Below are positions 30,912 to 40,902 of a stretch of DNA of 64,000 nucleotides, in pieces (the first letter of the stretch is position 1; each line of letters starts with the position of its first letter). Made by a program: the position numbers and the translations under genes. Below the pieces are notes generated by a model that made no database searches, had not been told where the DNA came from, and saw only the letters and a program-made list of their open reading frames with translations. Origin of the DNA: Phycisphaerae bacterium (GTDB taxonomy: Bacteria; Planctomycetota; Phycisphaerae; UBA1845; Fen-1342); NCBI GenBank assembly GCA_050115495.1, contig JASFQK010000015.1:75887-139886 (forward strand). Reading direction: 5' to 3'.

Positions 30912-31420
30912 CCGGGGACTGAAGTTCCTGGCTGGCGTCGTGCGCCCTCCGGGCGGAAGAGAAGAGGGGATGCGGCTCCCGGGTCCAGGGACTGAAGTCC
31001 CTGGCAACCAACGTGCGCCCTCCGGGCGAAGACGACCGCGCGCGCTGCACGCCGCCCAAAGGGCACGCGTTGGCTCCCGCCGAGGGAGGGCACGCGACGT
31101 CGCCTCGTCCGGAAGAAGCGTTTCCTCGCCCGAAGGGCGCACGAACGTAGCCAGAGGCTTCAGTCTTTCGTCATCGATGCGCGCATGCTCCTCTTCGCCC
31201 GGAGGGCGCACGGTCATAGCCAGGGACTTCAGTCCCTGGTGCGGCATTCCGCGCCCCGTCTTTCTCCTCTTTTCTCTTCCCTCTTTCTTCTCGCCCCGAG
31301 GGCGCGTATCCTCGCCCGGTGGGCGTACGAGCGTAGCCAGAGACTTCAGTCCCTGGTGTGGCGTTCGGCGCCCCCTCTCTCTCCTCTTCCCTCTTCTTCC
31401 TCGCCCGGAGGGCGCACGAA
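30912..31420. repeat. Cluster of composite REP-like repeats
   Basis: Unit CGCCCGGAGGGCGCACG-N3-GTAGCCAGGGACTTCAGTCCCTGG: inverted at 30912 and 30985, forward at 31127, 31196 and 31313, partial at 31292 and 31402. Confidence 0.85.
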
Positions 31421-31572
31421 CGATTCCCCGGGTTTCACCCGGGTCCGTCGCCCGCTTCGCGGGCCGTGCCGCGCCCCCCACTGCATCCCGCCATTTCCCA
31501 ACAGAATCCGCCAGAACGCGACAGACTGCGCCAATCCCCTCCACCCCTCCGTCGCCGCGCGCTTTCGTGGCC

Positions 31573-31700
31573 TATACTGAACACTGACGACGGGGTGTGT
31601 GGCATGTTGAAGCGCAGCGCCGGCGTGTACTTCCCGCCACGAGGAGAAGACATGCCGGCGCCTGAGGCTTCAGCATGCCACACTCCGGCTCAAGGCTTAA
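31573..31700 (+). ncRNA. Candidate structured RNA (about 100-nt rod) downstream of a TATACT box
   Basis: Long hairpin 31591-31687 with G-U pairs only on the + strand; no family recognised. Confidence 0.35.
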
Positions 31701-31955
31701 GGCTACCCCACAATGACCAACACGCGCATTGCCAGCAAACCGCGTCCGCTAATACCCGGCCGCAGCGCGCCTGCCGCCAAGAGTCTCATCTACGTCGCGC
31801 GCAAACGTGAGATCCTTGAGACTCTTGGACCCCTTCCCTCGCATGCAGATCGCCAGCCATTGGCAGGTGCCACACCAGCAACCGCGCGGCGACGCGAGAG
31901 ACGAGGCGGGTTCCGCGGCGAAGAAATAGTGGCGGGCGGAGCCGCGTTGTGCCAA

Positions 31956-32174
31956 CACTGGTGGACAAGCCACCAATGGCATCCGGCCGGCACTGGTAGG
32001 CAAGCCACCAGTGGCTCCCGGACGGGTGGGGCTTCTTCGCCCGGAGGGCGCACGATCGTAGCCAGGGACTTCAGTCCCTGGAGCGGTCGAGAGCCATACC
32101 CCGCTTTCTTCCTCTCCGCCCGGAGGGCGGGCGTCGTTCGGCGATCGACGGCCGACACGGAGGTCGGCCGCTAC
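31956..32174. repeat. Mixed REP-like repeats
   Basis: Two CACTGGT-x-G-x-CAAGCCACCA-x-TGGC units (31956, 31991), composite REP at 32038-32080 and REP at 32149-32174. Confidence 0.75.
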
Positions 32175-32219
32175 GGAGACGTCCGGTGCGGAGCCCGAAC
32201 GCTACACGGAGGCCGGATG

Positions 32220-34295
32220 CTACGGGGTGGCAACAGCAGGCTTGAGGTTGTTGCGAATCGTGTCGAGCAGGGCCGCTCGGTCGATGGGCTTGACGGCGTA
32301 GTCGTCGCAGCCGGCGGCGAGGCACTTGTCGCGGTCGCTGGACATGGCGTGGGCGGTCAGGGCGATGATCGGTCCCGTGTAATCACGCTGCCGCAGAAGA
32401 CCGGTCGCGGCATAGCCGTCCAGCACCGGCATCTGCATGTCCATGAGAATGACGTCGAACGGCGTGCCGGCGTCGCGGGCCGCCAGAGCCGCGTCCACAG
32501 CGAGCTGCCCGTTCTCGACCATGGTGACCTCCGCCCCCGCTCGCTTGAGCATGAGCCCGATCAGGCGCTGGTTATCCGGGCCGTCCTCGGCGACGAGGAT
32601 CCGGCAAGGCGGCAGCTTGGCGCAGGCACACGACGAAGCGCCATCGGCCTGCCCGGCGGCGCAGGCCGTGGAGAGCGGCGGTTCGCTGAGCATGCGGACG
32701 CCGGTGACGTCGCCGGTCGTGATCGTCGCCCGGAAACACGATCCTCTTCCGCTGTGCGACTCGACGAGGACAACATCCCCGCCCAGCATGTTGGCGAAGC
32801 GCTTGCTGATAGAGAGGCCGAGGCCGGTTCCGCCGAAGCGACGGGTCATGGACGAATCAGCCTGCGTGAAGGGCTGGAAGAGGTGGCTGATCTGCTCAGG
32901 GGTCATGCCGATGCCGGTGTCGACCACGTCGAACTGCAGGAGCGGCTCGGGGGCCTGTTCGACAAAGCGAACGGTCAGGCTGACGCCGCCGCGATCGGTG
33001 AACTTGATGGCGTTGCCGACAAGATTGATGAGGATCTGGCGGAGTCTGGCGGGGGCGGTGCGAATGGTCTCCGGCACGAGCCCGTCGTAGCGAATATCGA
33101 AGGAGAGTCCGGCCTCCTGCGCCGCACTCTGCATCAGTGTCGCGATTTCAGCGAGGATCTCCCCCGGCCGGCACGGCGTCTGCTCGACATCCATGCGGCC
33201 GGCTTCGATCTTGGAGAGGTCGAGGATGTCGTTGATGATGGCGAGCAGATGCTCGCCGTTGCGCTTGATGGTGCGGGCGGCTTCGCTGCGCTGCTCTGCA
33301 CTCTGGCTACCGTCGCCGTCCTCGAGCAGGATCTCGGCGAAGCCCAGGAGGGCGGTCATCGGCGTGCGCAGTTCGTGACTCATGTTGGCGATGAAGGCGC
33401 TCTTGGCAGCGTTGGCGGCCTCGGCCAGCTCCTTGGCCCGGCGCTGCTCCTCCGCCTGCTTGCGGCCGGTGATGTCCACGAAGCTCTCGATGAGCACTCG
33501 CCGGCCGTTCATCACGACCGAGGTGGCCGTCTTCAGCACTGGGACCAGGTCGCCGGTAGCGGTGACGAGCACACGTTCCGAGTTGTCGATCGTCTTGTGC
33601 AGATCGGTGATCGGGCAGCGTCCGCACTCGGCGGGACAGATGAACTTGTGGCAGACGCGGCCGAGGACGGACTCCTTGGACGCCGCGATCAGCCGGAGCG
33701 CGGCGGGGTTAGCCTCCAGGATGACGTGCGTCTCGGCGTCGATCACGACGATGCCGGCCTGGACGGTGTCGACGATGGCCTGCTGGCGGCGGTGTTCCTC
33801 CTGCGCCTGTTCCTCGCTGGCACGCAGGGCGTCTCTCTGGCGGCACGCCCGGCAGGCGGCGGCCAGCTTGTGGTTCAGGCGGGTCAGCGACTTGATGATC
33901 AAGTCGTCCAGCTCGGCGTGCATGCTGACGATGAAGAGCACGCCGCACGTGTCCAGGCTCATGAGGTGGCACACGCCGTCGGGAACCGGGTACCGCAACG
34001 GCAACGACCGGTTGTAGGCGGCGACTTCCTCGTCGGTCGCCGGCGGCGGCAAGGCACTGCGGAGGGCGGTGCATGTCTCGCCGCGGGGAAACGACCGCGG
34101 AATGCTGAAGACCGGCAGCAGCGTGTAGCGGCCGCCCGGCTGCTCGCACCATTCGAGTACGCCGCCGGCCGAGCAGTTGAGCTTGCGCAGGTAGGTGGAG
34201 AGGGCCTGCTGGAGCATCGGGCGCAGCTCGAGGCTGTTGCCGATGGACAAGGCAATCTCGTAGAGGACGAGATGTAGCTGCTCGGCACTGAGCAT
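32220..34295 (-). CDS. PAS-domain hybrid histidine kinase/response regulator
   Basis: [41 protein letters not shown], receiver LMDMQMP. Confidence 0.95.
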   Translation of the reverse strand: MLSAEQLHLVLYEIALSIGNSLELRPMLQQALSTYLRKLNCSAGGVLEWCEQPGGRYTLLPVFSIPRSFPRGETCTALRSALPPPATDEEVAAYNRSLPLRYPVPDGVCHLMSLDTCGVLFIVSMHAELDDLIIKSLTRLNHKLAAACRACRQRDALRASEEQAQEEHRRQQAIVDTVQAGIVVIDAETHVILEANPAALRLIAASKESVLGRVCHKFICPAECGRCPITDLHKTIDNSERVLVTATGDLVPVLKTATSVVMNGRRVLIESFVDITGRKQAEEQRRAKELAEAANAAKSAFIANMSHELRTPMTALLGFAEILLEDGDGSQSAEQRSEAARTIKRNGEHLLAIINDILDLSKIEAGRMDVEQTPCRPGEILAEIATLMQSAAQEAGLSFDIRYDGLVPETIRTAPARLRQILINLVGNAIKFTDRGGVSLTVRFVEQAPEPLLQFDVVDTGIGMTPEQISHLFQPFTQADSSMTRRFGGTGLGLSISKRFANMLGGDVVLVESHSGRGSCFRATITTGDVTGVRMLSEPPLSTACAAGQADGASSCACAKLPPCRILVAEDGPDNQRLIGLMLKRAGAEVTMVENGQLAVDAALAARDAGTPFDVILMDMQMPVLDGYAATGLLRQRDYTGPIIALTAHAMSSDRDKCLAAGCDDYAVKPIDRAALLDTIRNNLKPAVATP

Positions 34296-35413
34296 CAGGT
34301 CGCCAGCACTCCTACGACGGAAGTCTTGTTGTAGAACTCGAGATAGTCGCCGCGGCTGTTGGCGATCTCGCCCAGGGTCAGAGCCCCGATGAGCGGCACA
34401 CCCTCCTGGTACACGGCCTCAAGCTCGCGACCGAACTGCTCCTCCAGGAACAGGGCCCGCGAGATGCAATCGATGAAGAGCGTGGCCTTTCGCCCGGGCG
34501 TCGCCTGGAAGCACTGCTCTCCGAGCTGCAGGGCGCGGCCGGCCGCGGTGACCAGCGAGTGCACGTCGCCCGTGAGAATGTGCACGTACGAGCCCTGCGG
34601 CACCTCGCCGACGCAGACCAAGGCGTCGCCATCCTGCACCATCAGCGGGTCGCGCACGATCTTCTCGGCGCCCAGCTTCATGATGCCGAAGGGGTAGCTC
34701 TTGGCAATGTCGAAGAAGTTGTCGGCGGTCAGCGACTTGCCCGAATGCTCTTCGACGATCCCGCGGTAGACCTCGAAGGCCGGCGACCAGTCCAAGGACT
34801 GGATAACGTTGTGTTCCGACTCCGTGACCTGGTACGGCCCACCGATCTCGGTCCAGCCGTGGCAGACACCCACGCCGCTCGGCGTATCGAGCGTCGCCAG
34901 CAGGGCGCCATCCTGCACCAGCCCCTCGTTGGTGAACAGGCAGGGCCGCTGCTGGAAGCTGAGCGAGCCCGCCCCACCGCCGACGTAGTTGAATTGCAGA
35001 CCGAACACGTTGAACAGGGCGTCGACGAGGGCGCCGATGCGGCGGGCCAGCCCGTCGACGAAGACGATCATGGTCTTGGTGTCGCCCGTCATCCGGGCAT
35101 CGTCGATCAGGCTTTCGTAGTCGGCGTCGGCGTCGCTCAGCCCGGCGATCACCTGGACATCGGCGCGCTCCGTCAGGCCGACGACAATACTGCCGCGAGC
35201 GAGCTTCTCCCTCTCGTAGATGATCTCCGGGAACACGCCGCCGAAGAGCGGAACGGGCACGCCGGCCAGGATGCTGTCGACGGCCTGCGGCGTGAAGCCG
35301 TTCTGGTCGCAGGCCAGGACGAGTATGGACTGCACGTCGGGCTGGTCGGCCACGTCGCCGAGCAGACGCCTCAGCCCCTCCACTGATCCGCTGCGGTCCA
35401 GCCTGGTGATCAT
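34295..35413 (-). CDS. FIST domain sensor protein
   Basis: [37 protein letters not shown]. Confidence 0.9.
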   Translation of the reverse strand: MITRLDRSGSVEGLRRLLGDVADQPDVQSILVLACDQNGFTPQAVDSILAGVPVPLFGGVFPEIIYEREKLARGSIVVGLTERADVQVIAGLSDADADYESLIDDARMTGDTKTMIVFVDGLARRIGALVDALFNVFGLQFNYVGGGAGSLSFQQRPCLFTNEGLVQDGALLATLDTPSGVGVCHGWTEIGGPYQVTESEHNVIQSLDWSPAFEVYRGIVEEHSGKSLTADNFFDIAKSYPFGIMKLGAEKIVRDPLMVQDGDALVCVGEVPQGSYVHILTGDVHSLVTAAGRALQLGEQCFQATPGRKATLFIDCISRALFLEEQFGRELEAVYQEGVPLIGALTLGEIANSRGDYLEFYNKTSVVGVLAT

Positions 35414-35417
35414 GACT

Positions 35418-36587
35418 CTACATCCTCTCGTGCAGCAGCGCCGTCATGTCCGTCCGATCCAGCGTGACTGGGCTGTTCTTGTTGGACGCCCGGTCGGCGA
35501 TCTCGCTGAGGCGCGACGCGTCGAGGCCGTAGTCGCCGAGCCGGGGCAGCTCGAGCTGCGCCACCCAGCCGGCGAGGGTCTCGATAAGCGTGCCACAGCA
35601 ATCATCGACATCGTCAGTGTCGGCGCCGAATAGCCGACCAACGGCGGCGTATTTGTGCAGCGCGGGTCCGCCGATCTGGCGGAGCTTCTCGATGTTGCGG
35701 CGTGTCGCAGCGGCGAGGAGCGTGCCGCAGATCACGCCGTGCGGCGCGTCACAGAGCCCGCCGATAACCCCGGCCAATCCGTGCACGACACCGAGCCCCA
35801 CATTGGCCAGCACAAGCCCCGACATCAGCGACGCGTAGGCCATGCCCGTTCGCGCCGGCAAGTCGGACTGCCCCGCCCGGCATGCCTGGAGCAGATGCTC
35901 GTGGGCGGCGATCAGGCCACCACGGGCCAGGTCATCGGTCATGGGCGAAGACCGCGTCGACACGAACGCCTCAAGCAACTGCGTCAGCGCGTCCAGGCCA
36001 CTGGCCGCCGTGACCGCCGGCGGACAGGACAGTGTCAGTTCCAGGTCGACCAGGGCGACGTCGGGGGCGAGGTTCGGGTGGCGAAGCGACGCCTTGTATC
36101 CGTCGTGTCCGACGCGGCCGAGGACGGCGTTCACCGTTGCTTCGCTGCCCGTGCCGGCGGTCGTCGGGACGGCGACGAACGGAACCTTCCGACCGTCGTG
36201 GGCGAGCGTGCCGACGTTTTCCAGGAACGCCTCGACGGGATGCTCCTGCGGCAACATCGCCGAAACGGCCTTGCCGGCGTCGATGACGCTGCCGCCGCCG
36301 ATGGCGACGACGACCGCCGACTCGCGACCGCGCAGGTCGGTGACAATGTCGTTGACCAGTTCCGGGCTTGGCTCGCGACAGACCGTGTACGTACGGCATT
36401 GCGACCCGGCCTGGGCGAGCATGCTCAGCACCTGGTCGAGTTTGTCCGATTGCTTCAGCGAGTGCGCACCGGTGAGGAGGACCACGTTTCGGCCGAAGAC
36501 ACCCACGATCTCGCTCAGTCGAGCCAGGGTGCCGGCGCCGAAGATGATCCGCGGGGTTCGCGTCCAGGCGAACTCACCGACTACCAT
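35418..36587 (-). CDS. Iron-containing alcohol dehydrogenase
   Basis: GGGSVIDAGK, PTTAGTGSEAT, DALTQLLE, GVVHGLA, PHG. Confidence 0.93.
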   Translation of the reverse strand: MVVGEFAWTRTPRIIFGAGTLARLSEIVGVFGRNVVLLTGAHSLKQSDKLDQVLSMLAQAGSQCRTYTVCREPSPELVNDIVTDLRGRESAVVVAIGGGSVIDAGKAVSAMLPQEHPVEAFLENVGTLAHDGRKVPFVAVPTTAGTGSEATVNAVLGRVGHDGYKASLRHPNLAPDVALVDLELTLSCPPAVTAASGLDALTQLLEAFVSTRSSPMTDDLARGGLIAAHEHLLQACRAGQSDLPARTGMAYASLMSGLVLANVGLGVVHGLAGVIGGLCDAPHGVICGTLLAAATRRNIEKLRQIGGPALHKYAAVGRLFGADTDDVDDCCGTLIETLAGWVAQLELPRLGDYGLDASRLSEIADRASNKNSPVTLDRTDMTALLHERM

Positions 36588-36895
36588 TGCGCCTTCTCGT
36601 CCGGGTACACGACGCGATGCTTGAGGCCCACGCGTGGGCGGGCCATCCAGCTCTCGACGGTCTCACGCCACTTGAGGTAGTGCGGCGTCTGCTTGTGGGC
36701 GGCCGCCGCCTCCTCGGACTCGTAAGCCTCGTAGAGTGTGAACAGGGTCGGATCGTCCGCGGACTGGAGCACGTCGAAGCGCATGTTGCCGGGCTCCTGG
36801 AGGGAACACTTGCTGTTCTCGACCGAGGCCCGCGCGAAGTCGTCAACGTGCTCTCGCCGCACCTGGACACTGACGCAGGTGACAACCATCGGCAT
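36581..36895 (-). CDS. Antibiotic biosynthesis monooxygenase/LsrG-like protein
   Basis: EPGNMRFDVLQ, LYEAY, AHKQTPHYLKWR. Confidence 0.88.
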   Translation of the reverse strand: MPMVVTCVSVQVRREHVDDFARASVENSKCSLQEPGNMRFDVLQSADDPTLFTLYEAYESEEAAAAHKQTPHYLKWRETVESWMARPRVGLKHRVVYPDEKAQW

Positions 36896-37458
36896 CCTCC
36901 GCCGGCAGAGCTACACGCCGCACGGAACAGAGCTACTGGGAGTAATGTTGTAGTTCTTGTATCGGCTAACCGGTGGGCAGCTTTGGTTGGGGGGCGTGCG
37001 GTGCAGGCTGGGGCGAGATTACCGGACGGTGGGGGGCGGAAGACGATGGGGTGCCGGGCTGGGGGCGTTATGCGTCTTGCCGGCGCCACCGCGCCACCGT
37101 CGGTTCATTCAGGCAGCAGGTGCGCCGACAAGCGCGGGGCAGTCCGCGGCATGAGACATCGGGAATTGACCGTCAGGCCGCGAGAGCGTCGACAGGACAC
37201 ATGTCATGCCTGCGAGCGTAGCTCATCACCTGGGACATCAGCCTCGTGCAGCGCGAGGACGCCGACGCGGAGCAACAGCACCTGGCGGTCGCGGCGCCTG
37301 TGTCGATCGAACGTCGGTCGGATATCGAGCCGACAGAGTCGCGTTGGGCGTTGCGCGGCCGTATCGAGCCGATAAGAGAAATGCAGAGGCACACCCAGAC
37401 GGGTGGTCTGCGCGCTGCGGACCGTCGCCCAGGGGAGGGTGCGTGCCGGAGGAGCCGC

Positions 37459-38736
37459 GTGTCCACGATCTCACAGACAACTTGCCAATCGCTGGGATGT
37501 CGTCTCGTCGGCCCCTGGGTGATGCTCGTGGGGACCATCCTCCTCTTGCTCTGTGGGCACAGCGCATGGGCGACGGATGGTCTGGAGCCGATCGGCGTGA
37601 GCATGCAGGCTCGCGCACGCGGCGGCGCCGATGTCGCGGTCGGGGACTCGGCGCTTTCCATGATTGAGAATCCGGCCACTCTCGCGCTGTGGCGAGTGCA
37701 CCGGTTCGACTTCGGCGGGGAGATCCTGATACCCCAATTGCGGTGGTCGAGTCCGCTGGGAGAGGCGCACGCACTGGGCATACATCCGCTGAGCGACATG
37801 GCGGTAGCCGTGCCCATCGACGATCGTCTGACGCTCGGCCTGGCGATGCACTGCAAGTGCGGCATGGGGACTCACTACGAGATGCGACACCTGCTCATGC
37901 CCTGGACAAAGCGCGACGTGATGTCCGACCTGAAGAACGGCGGCCTCATGCTGGGCGCCGGGCATCGACTGACGGACAAGCTCTCGATCGGCGCCGGGGC
38001 GAGCGTGGAGATGGCGACGGCCAGGTTCAACTCAGTCCTTGGCCCCGCCGACGTCAGCTTCGGGCGCGGATACGCGTACGGAGGCAGTTTCAACGTCGGC
38101 TTGCATTACCAGGCGACGGAAAGGCTGGCGCTCGGACTCGGCTACCGCTCACCTTCCTGGTTTGGCGATGTGTCCGGCGGAGAGATGAAGGCGTCCATGT
38201 TCGGCGTTATGCCAATTCACCTGGGCAGCGTGCGTATGGAGGACTTCCGGCTGCCCCAGCGAATCAGCGGCGGCGTGGCCTGGGATGCAACGGATTGGCT
38301 GAAGCTGGTCGGCGAAGCGCGTTGGGTCAACTACTCGAATTCGACGTTTGGCTCAACGACGGTCAGGCTGAAGGACCTCGGGATCGGCATTCCGATGCCG
38401 CTGGGCTACCGGGATCAGGGCATCTTCATCGTCGGAGCCGAATTCAAGCTGGCCGAGCGATGGAAACTGGGCGTGGGCTACAACTACGCCACCAATCCCA
38501 TCCCCGATGAGCACCTGTTTCCGATCATGCCCGCCACCATCCAGCACCACGCCACGATCGGGCTGCGCTACGAACGCGACAACTGGTGGGCCGGCGTGGG
38601 GTACATCTGTGGTTTCAATGCCTCGGTCGACAACCGCAGCCGGTACAGTGCGATTCCTCTCGGCATCGATTACGGGGCCTGCCGAGTCGACCACCGGCAA
38701 CACAGCCTGTTGTTCGGGTTTGGGTTCAGCTGGTAG
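37459..38736 (+). CDS. FadL/OmpP1-family outer-membrane transporter
   Basis: Signal peptide, RGGA..NPA hatch motif, GLGYRSP, C-terminal FGFGFSW; GTG start after GGAGG. Confidence 0.85.
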   Translation: MSTISQTTCQSLGCRLVGPWVMLVGTILLLLCGHSAWATDGLEPIGVSMQARARGGADVAVGDSALSMIENPATLALWRVHRFDFGGEILIPQLRWSSPLGEAHALGIHPLSDMAVAVPIDDRLTLGLAMHCKCGMGTHYEMRHLLMPWTKRDVMSDLKNGGLMLGAGHRLTDKLSIGAGASVEMATARFNSVLGPADVSFGRGYAYGGSFNVGLHYQATERLALGLGYRSPSWFGDVSGGEMKASMFGVMPIHLGSVRMEDFRLPQRISGGVAWDATDWLKLVGEARWVNYSNSTFGSTTVRLKDLGIGIPMPLGYRDQGIFIVGAEFKLAERWKLGVGYNYATNPIPDEHLFPIMPATIQHHATIGLRYERDNWWAGVGYICGFNASVDNRSRYSAIPLGIDYGACRVDHRQHSLLFGFGFSW

Positions 38737-38886
38737 TTCGAAGGTCTGAACACGGTGACGCAGGCGACTTCGCCCGAGACAGACGCGTTGGAGGAACTCC
38801 GGCAGCGAGTCTCGACGCTGGAAGGCAAGGTCGCGGCCGGCGCCGACTCGAACGCCCTGCCCCCGAACGCTCGCCGTTTCCGGTGC

Positions 38887-38915
38887 TTGGCCATGGACGG
38901 ACCCGGCGGTAAAAT
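38887..38915 (+). promoter_or_regulatory. Possible tRNA promoter
   Basis: TTGGCC-17 bp-TAAAAT. Confidence 0.4.
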
Positions 38916-38999
38916 GAACTGTCCCGGCGGGCCGGTGAGGTCACGTCGTTTCTGACGTTGAAGTGCCCGGGAACGCCGAGATATGCAGGAGAACTGCTC

Positions 39000-39072
39000 G
39001 CGGGCGTAGCTCAATTGGTAGAGCATCAGCCTTCCAAGCTGAATGTTGCCGGTTCGAACCCGGTCGCCCGCT
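39000..39072 (+). tRNA. tRNA-Gly (TCC), CCA not encoded
   Basis: Acceptor GCGGGCG/CGCCCGC, D arm GCTC/GAGC, anticodon arm TCAGC-CTTCCAA-GCTGA, T arm GCCGG-TTCGAAC-CCGGT. Confidence 0.97.
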
Positions 39073-39098
39073 TTGAGACATGATGCGACGCGGACGCG

Positions 39099-39138
39099 CA
39101 AGCTGAATGTTGCCGGTTCGAACCCGGTCGCCCGCTTT
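39099..39138 (+). repeat. 40-bp direct repeat of the tRNA 3' half (att-like)
   Basis: Identical to 39035-39074; separated from it by 24 bp. Confidence 0.92.
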
Positions 39139-39229
39139 CGTGAATGCTGTTGCACGTCGTAGCTAACTCTTGATTCTCGTTTGGGTTACGCGCCCCGTCC
39201 GCCCCGCCCCGCCGTGTGTCGCGATTGAA

Positions 39230-40804
39230 TCACGTGGAACCGTTTTGACTCGCTTGGCGTGCTTTTCCGCCAAGCAGAACGCCAAGCGCCTCGCCCGCCG
39301 GAGGCGTCGCCGTCGCGCTGTCCGTCCCGGTCGCCCGACCGTGTCCGCGGTCTGGCACGGCGTCCATGCTCGGCAGAGCGTCCAGAGCCGCCGCGGTGTC
39401 GAGCAGCCGCGGGTCGGTGTACGTGCCGAGCGTCAAGCGGATATCCGAGTGCCGCATGATCGTCTGGGCGGTCCGTGGGGCGACGCCCGCCTTGGCAAGG
39501 TATGTCGCCGTCGTGTGCCGCAAGGCGTGAACATCGACGGTCCGCCCGTCGGCGTCTCGTGTGTCGATTCGCCAGCAGTCCCGGCCCTTGCGGTCCTTCG
39601 CCTTCACCCGCCGGGCGATGCCCGCCGCCACAAGGTCGCGGTCCAGAATGCACACGAGCTGTTTCGGAACACGGAACACCGGACCGCTCGCCGCCCCGTC
39701 GCCGCAGTCGGCCCGCCACGCCCGCAACGACTCCGCCAAGTCCGCCCGGATCGGCAGTGTCTCGGCCTTGCGGTTCTTGGCGACAGCCGCCCGCACCGTC
39801 AACGTCGGCGCCTTGCCGTCCAGCGACAAGTCGCCCCACAAGAGCGCTGCCAGTTCGCCGCGCCGAAGCCCGGTAAGCACGAGCGTTCGATAGATCAACC
39901 CGCGTTCTCGGCCGAGCCGCCGGAGCTTGGCCACAAAGGCCGGCTTCAAGCGGAGCTTCTCGGCCGCCCGATCCGCCGCCGCGTCGATGTTCGCCAGCGT
40001 CAACGGTTCGAGCGCCAGCGGTCCCGGCTTCCCGTCCGGATTCTCTTCTCGCTTGATGCTCTCCCGCCCATGCTCGGCCAGCGGGCGAAGCTCGGCCACA
40101 CGGAGCAGCGCCAGAAGCTCGTCTTCGGTCAACGCCCGCCGTTCCCGCCGCCTGTCGCCCGCTTCGTCGGCTCGCCGCAGCGTACCCAGCGGGTCGGCTA
40201 CCATGCGACCGTCGGCGACGGCCCAGCGGATGAACGCCCGCAAGCTCGCGGTGTACGTGTTACGAGTCCGGGCCCCCATGCCTTCGCTTTCGCGGAGTCC
40301 TAACCACCTTTGGACGGGCTCGGCCGTCACCCCCGCCAGTCGAGTGAAACCGCAGTCGGCAACGATGCGCCTGAGCCGCCGGAGCGTCTCGGACAAGTGC
40401 GCCGCCGACACGCCCGACGCCCGCAAGTGCGTTTCGTAGGCGTCAACGTGTCGGTCGATGTTCGCCTTGAGACTGGCGGAAAGGTCGATACTCTGCTGGT
40501 CAATGATCCCCGCCCGTTCGCGTTCCACGGCACGGGTAAGCTCGGCCGCCTTCGCGAGCGTCGCCCCCTTGTCGGCGTAGCCCTTCACCCGCCGCACGTG
40601 CCCCCCGGCGTCCGTGTACTCGATTGCCCAGTTTCGGGCTTCGACGGTCACGCGGCGCCCGGCGTGCCTGCCGCGTTTCGTGACTGGAGCCGTCACCATC
40701 CGGCCGTTGCGGCGGAACCGGGCAAGGCACTGGCCGTCCCGGTCGGAGAGCACAGCCCCCGCCGGTATCGGCATCGTGTATGTCGGTCGGTACACGCGTG
40801 CCAT
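39230..40804 (-). CDS. Tyrosine recombinase/integrase
   Basis: LTGLRRGEL, K, HALRH, MRHS, TY catalytic set. Confidence 0.95.
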   Translation of the reverse strand: MARVYRPTYTMPIPAGAVLSDRDGQCLARFRRNGRMVTAPVTKRGRHAGRRVTVEARNWAIEYTDAGGHVRRVKGYADKGATLAKAAELTRAVERERAGIIDQQSIDLSASLKANIDRHVDAYETHLRASGVSAAHLSETLRRLRRIVADCGFTRLAGVTAEPVQRWLGLRESEGMGARTRNTYTASLRAFIRWAVADGRMVADPLGTLRRADEAGDRRRERRALTEDELLALLRVAELRPLAEHGRESIKREENPDGKPGPLALEPLTLANIDAAADRAAEKLRLKPAFVAKLRRLGRERGLIYRTLVLTGLRRGELAALLWGDLSLDGKAPTLTVRAAVAKNRKAETLPIRADLAESLRAWRADCGDGAASGPVFRVPKQLVCILDRDLVAAGIARRVKAKDRKGRDCWRIDTRDADGRTVDVHALRHTTATYLAKAGVAPRTAQTIMRHSDIRLTLGTYTDPRLLDTAAALDALPSMDAVPDRGHGRATGTDSATATPPAGEALGVLLGGKARQASQNGST

Positions 40805-40902
40805 GCTTCACCCGTTCATCCGCGTCCGTCGTGTGGGGTGCGGTTCAGGCCCCAATACACTGCACGGTTTGTCGATGCGCGCTATGCCCAGATCGGCATT
40901 GC

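Noticed and set aside
30912..31420. Repeat cluster as a CRISPR array
   Set aside because: Mixed orientations, irregular spacing, degenerate copies and GTAG-palindrome structure fit REPs
30705..31587. Several ORFs with repeated HQGLKSLA / ARDFSPW peptides
   Set aside because: Translations of REP repeats
31713..34277. 854-aa plus-strand ORF
   Set aside because: Antisense shadow of the hybrid kinase plus REP sequence; no motifs
38755..38955. Short ORF starting with a coiled-coil (EELRQRVSTLEGKV)
   Set aside because: Possibly a truncated gene remnant, but it degenerates into the tRNA promoter region; cannot be supported
39035..39138. Repeat-spacer-repeat resembling a minimal CRISPR array
   Set aside because: The repeat is the tRNA 3' half, there are only two copies, no cas genes, and an adjacent integrase explains it
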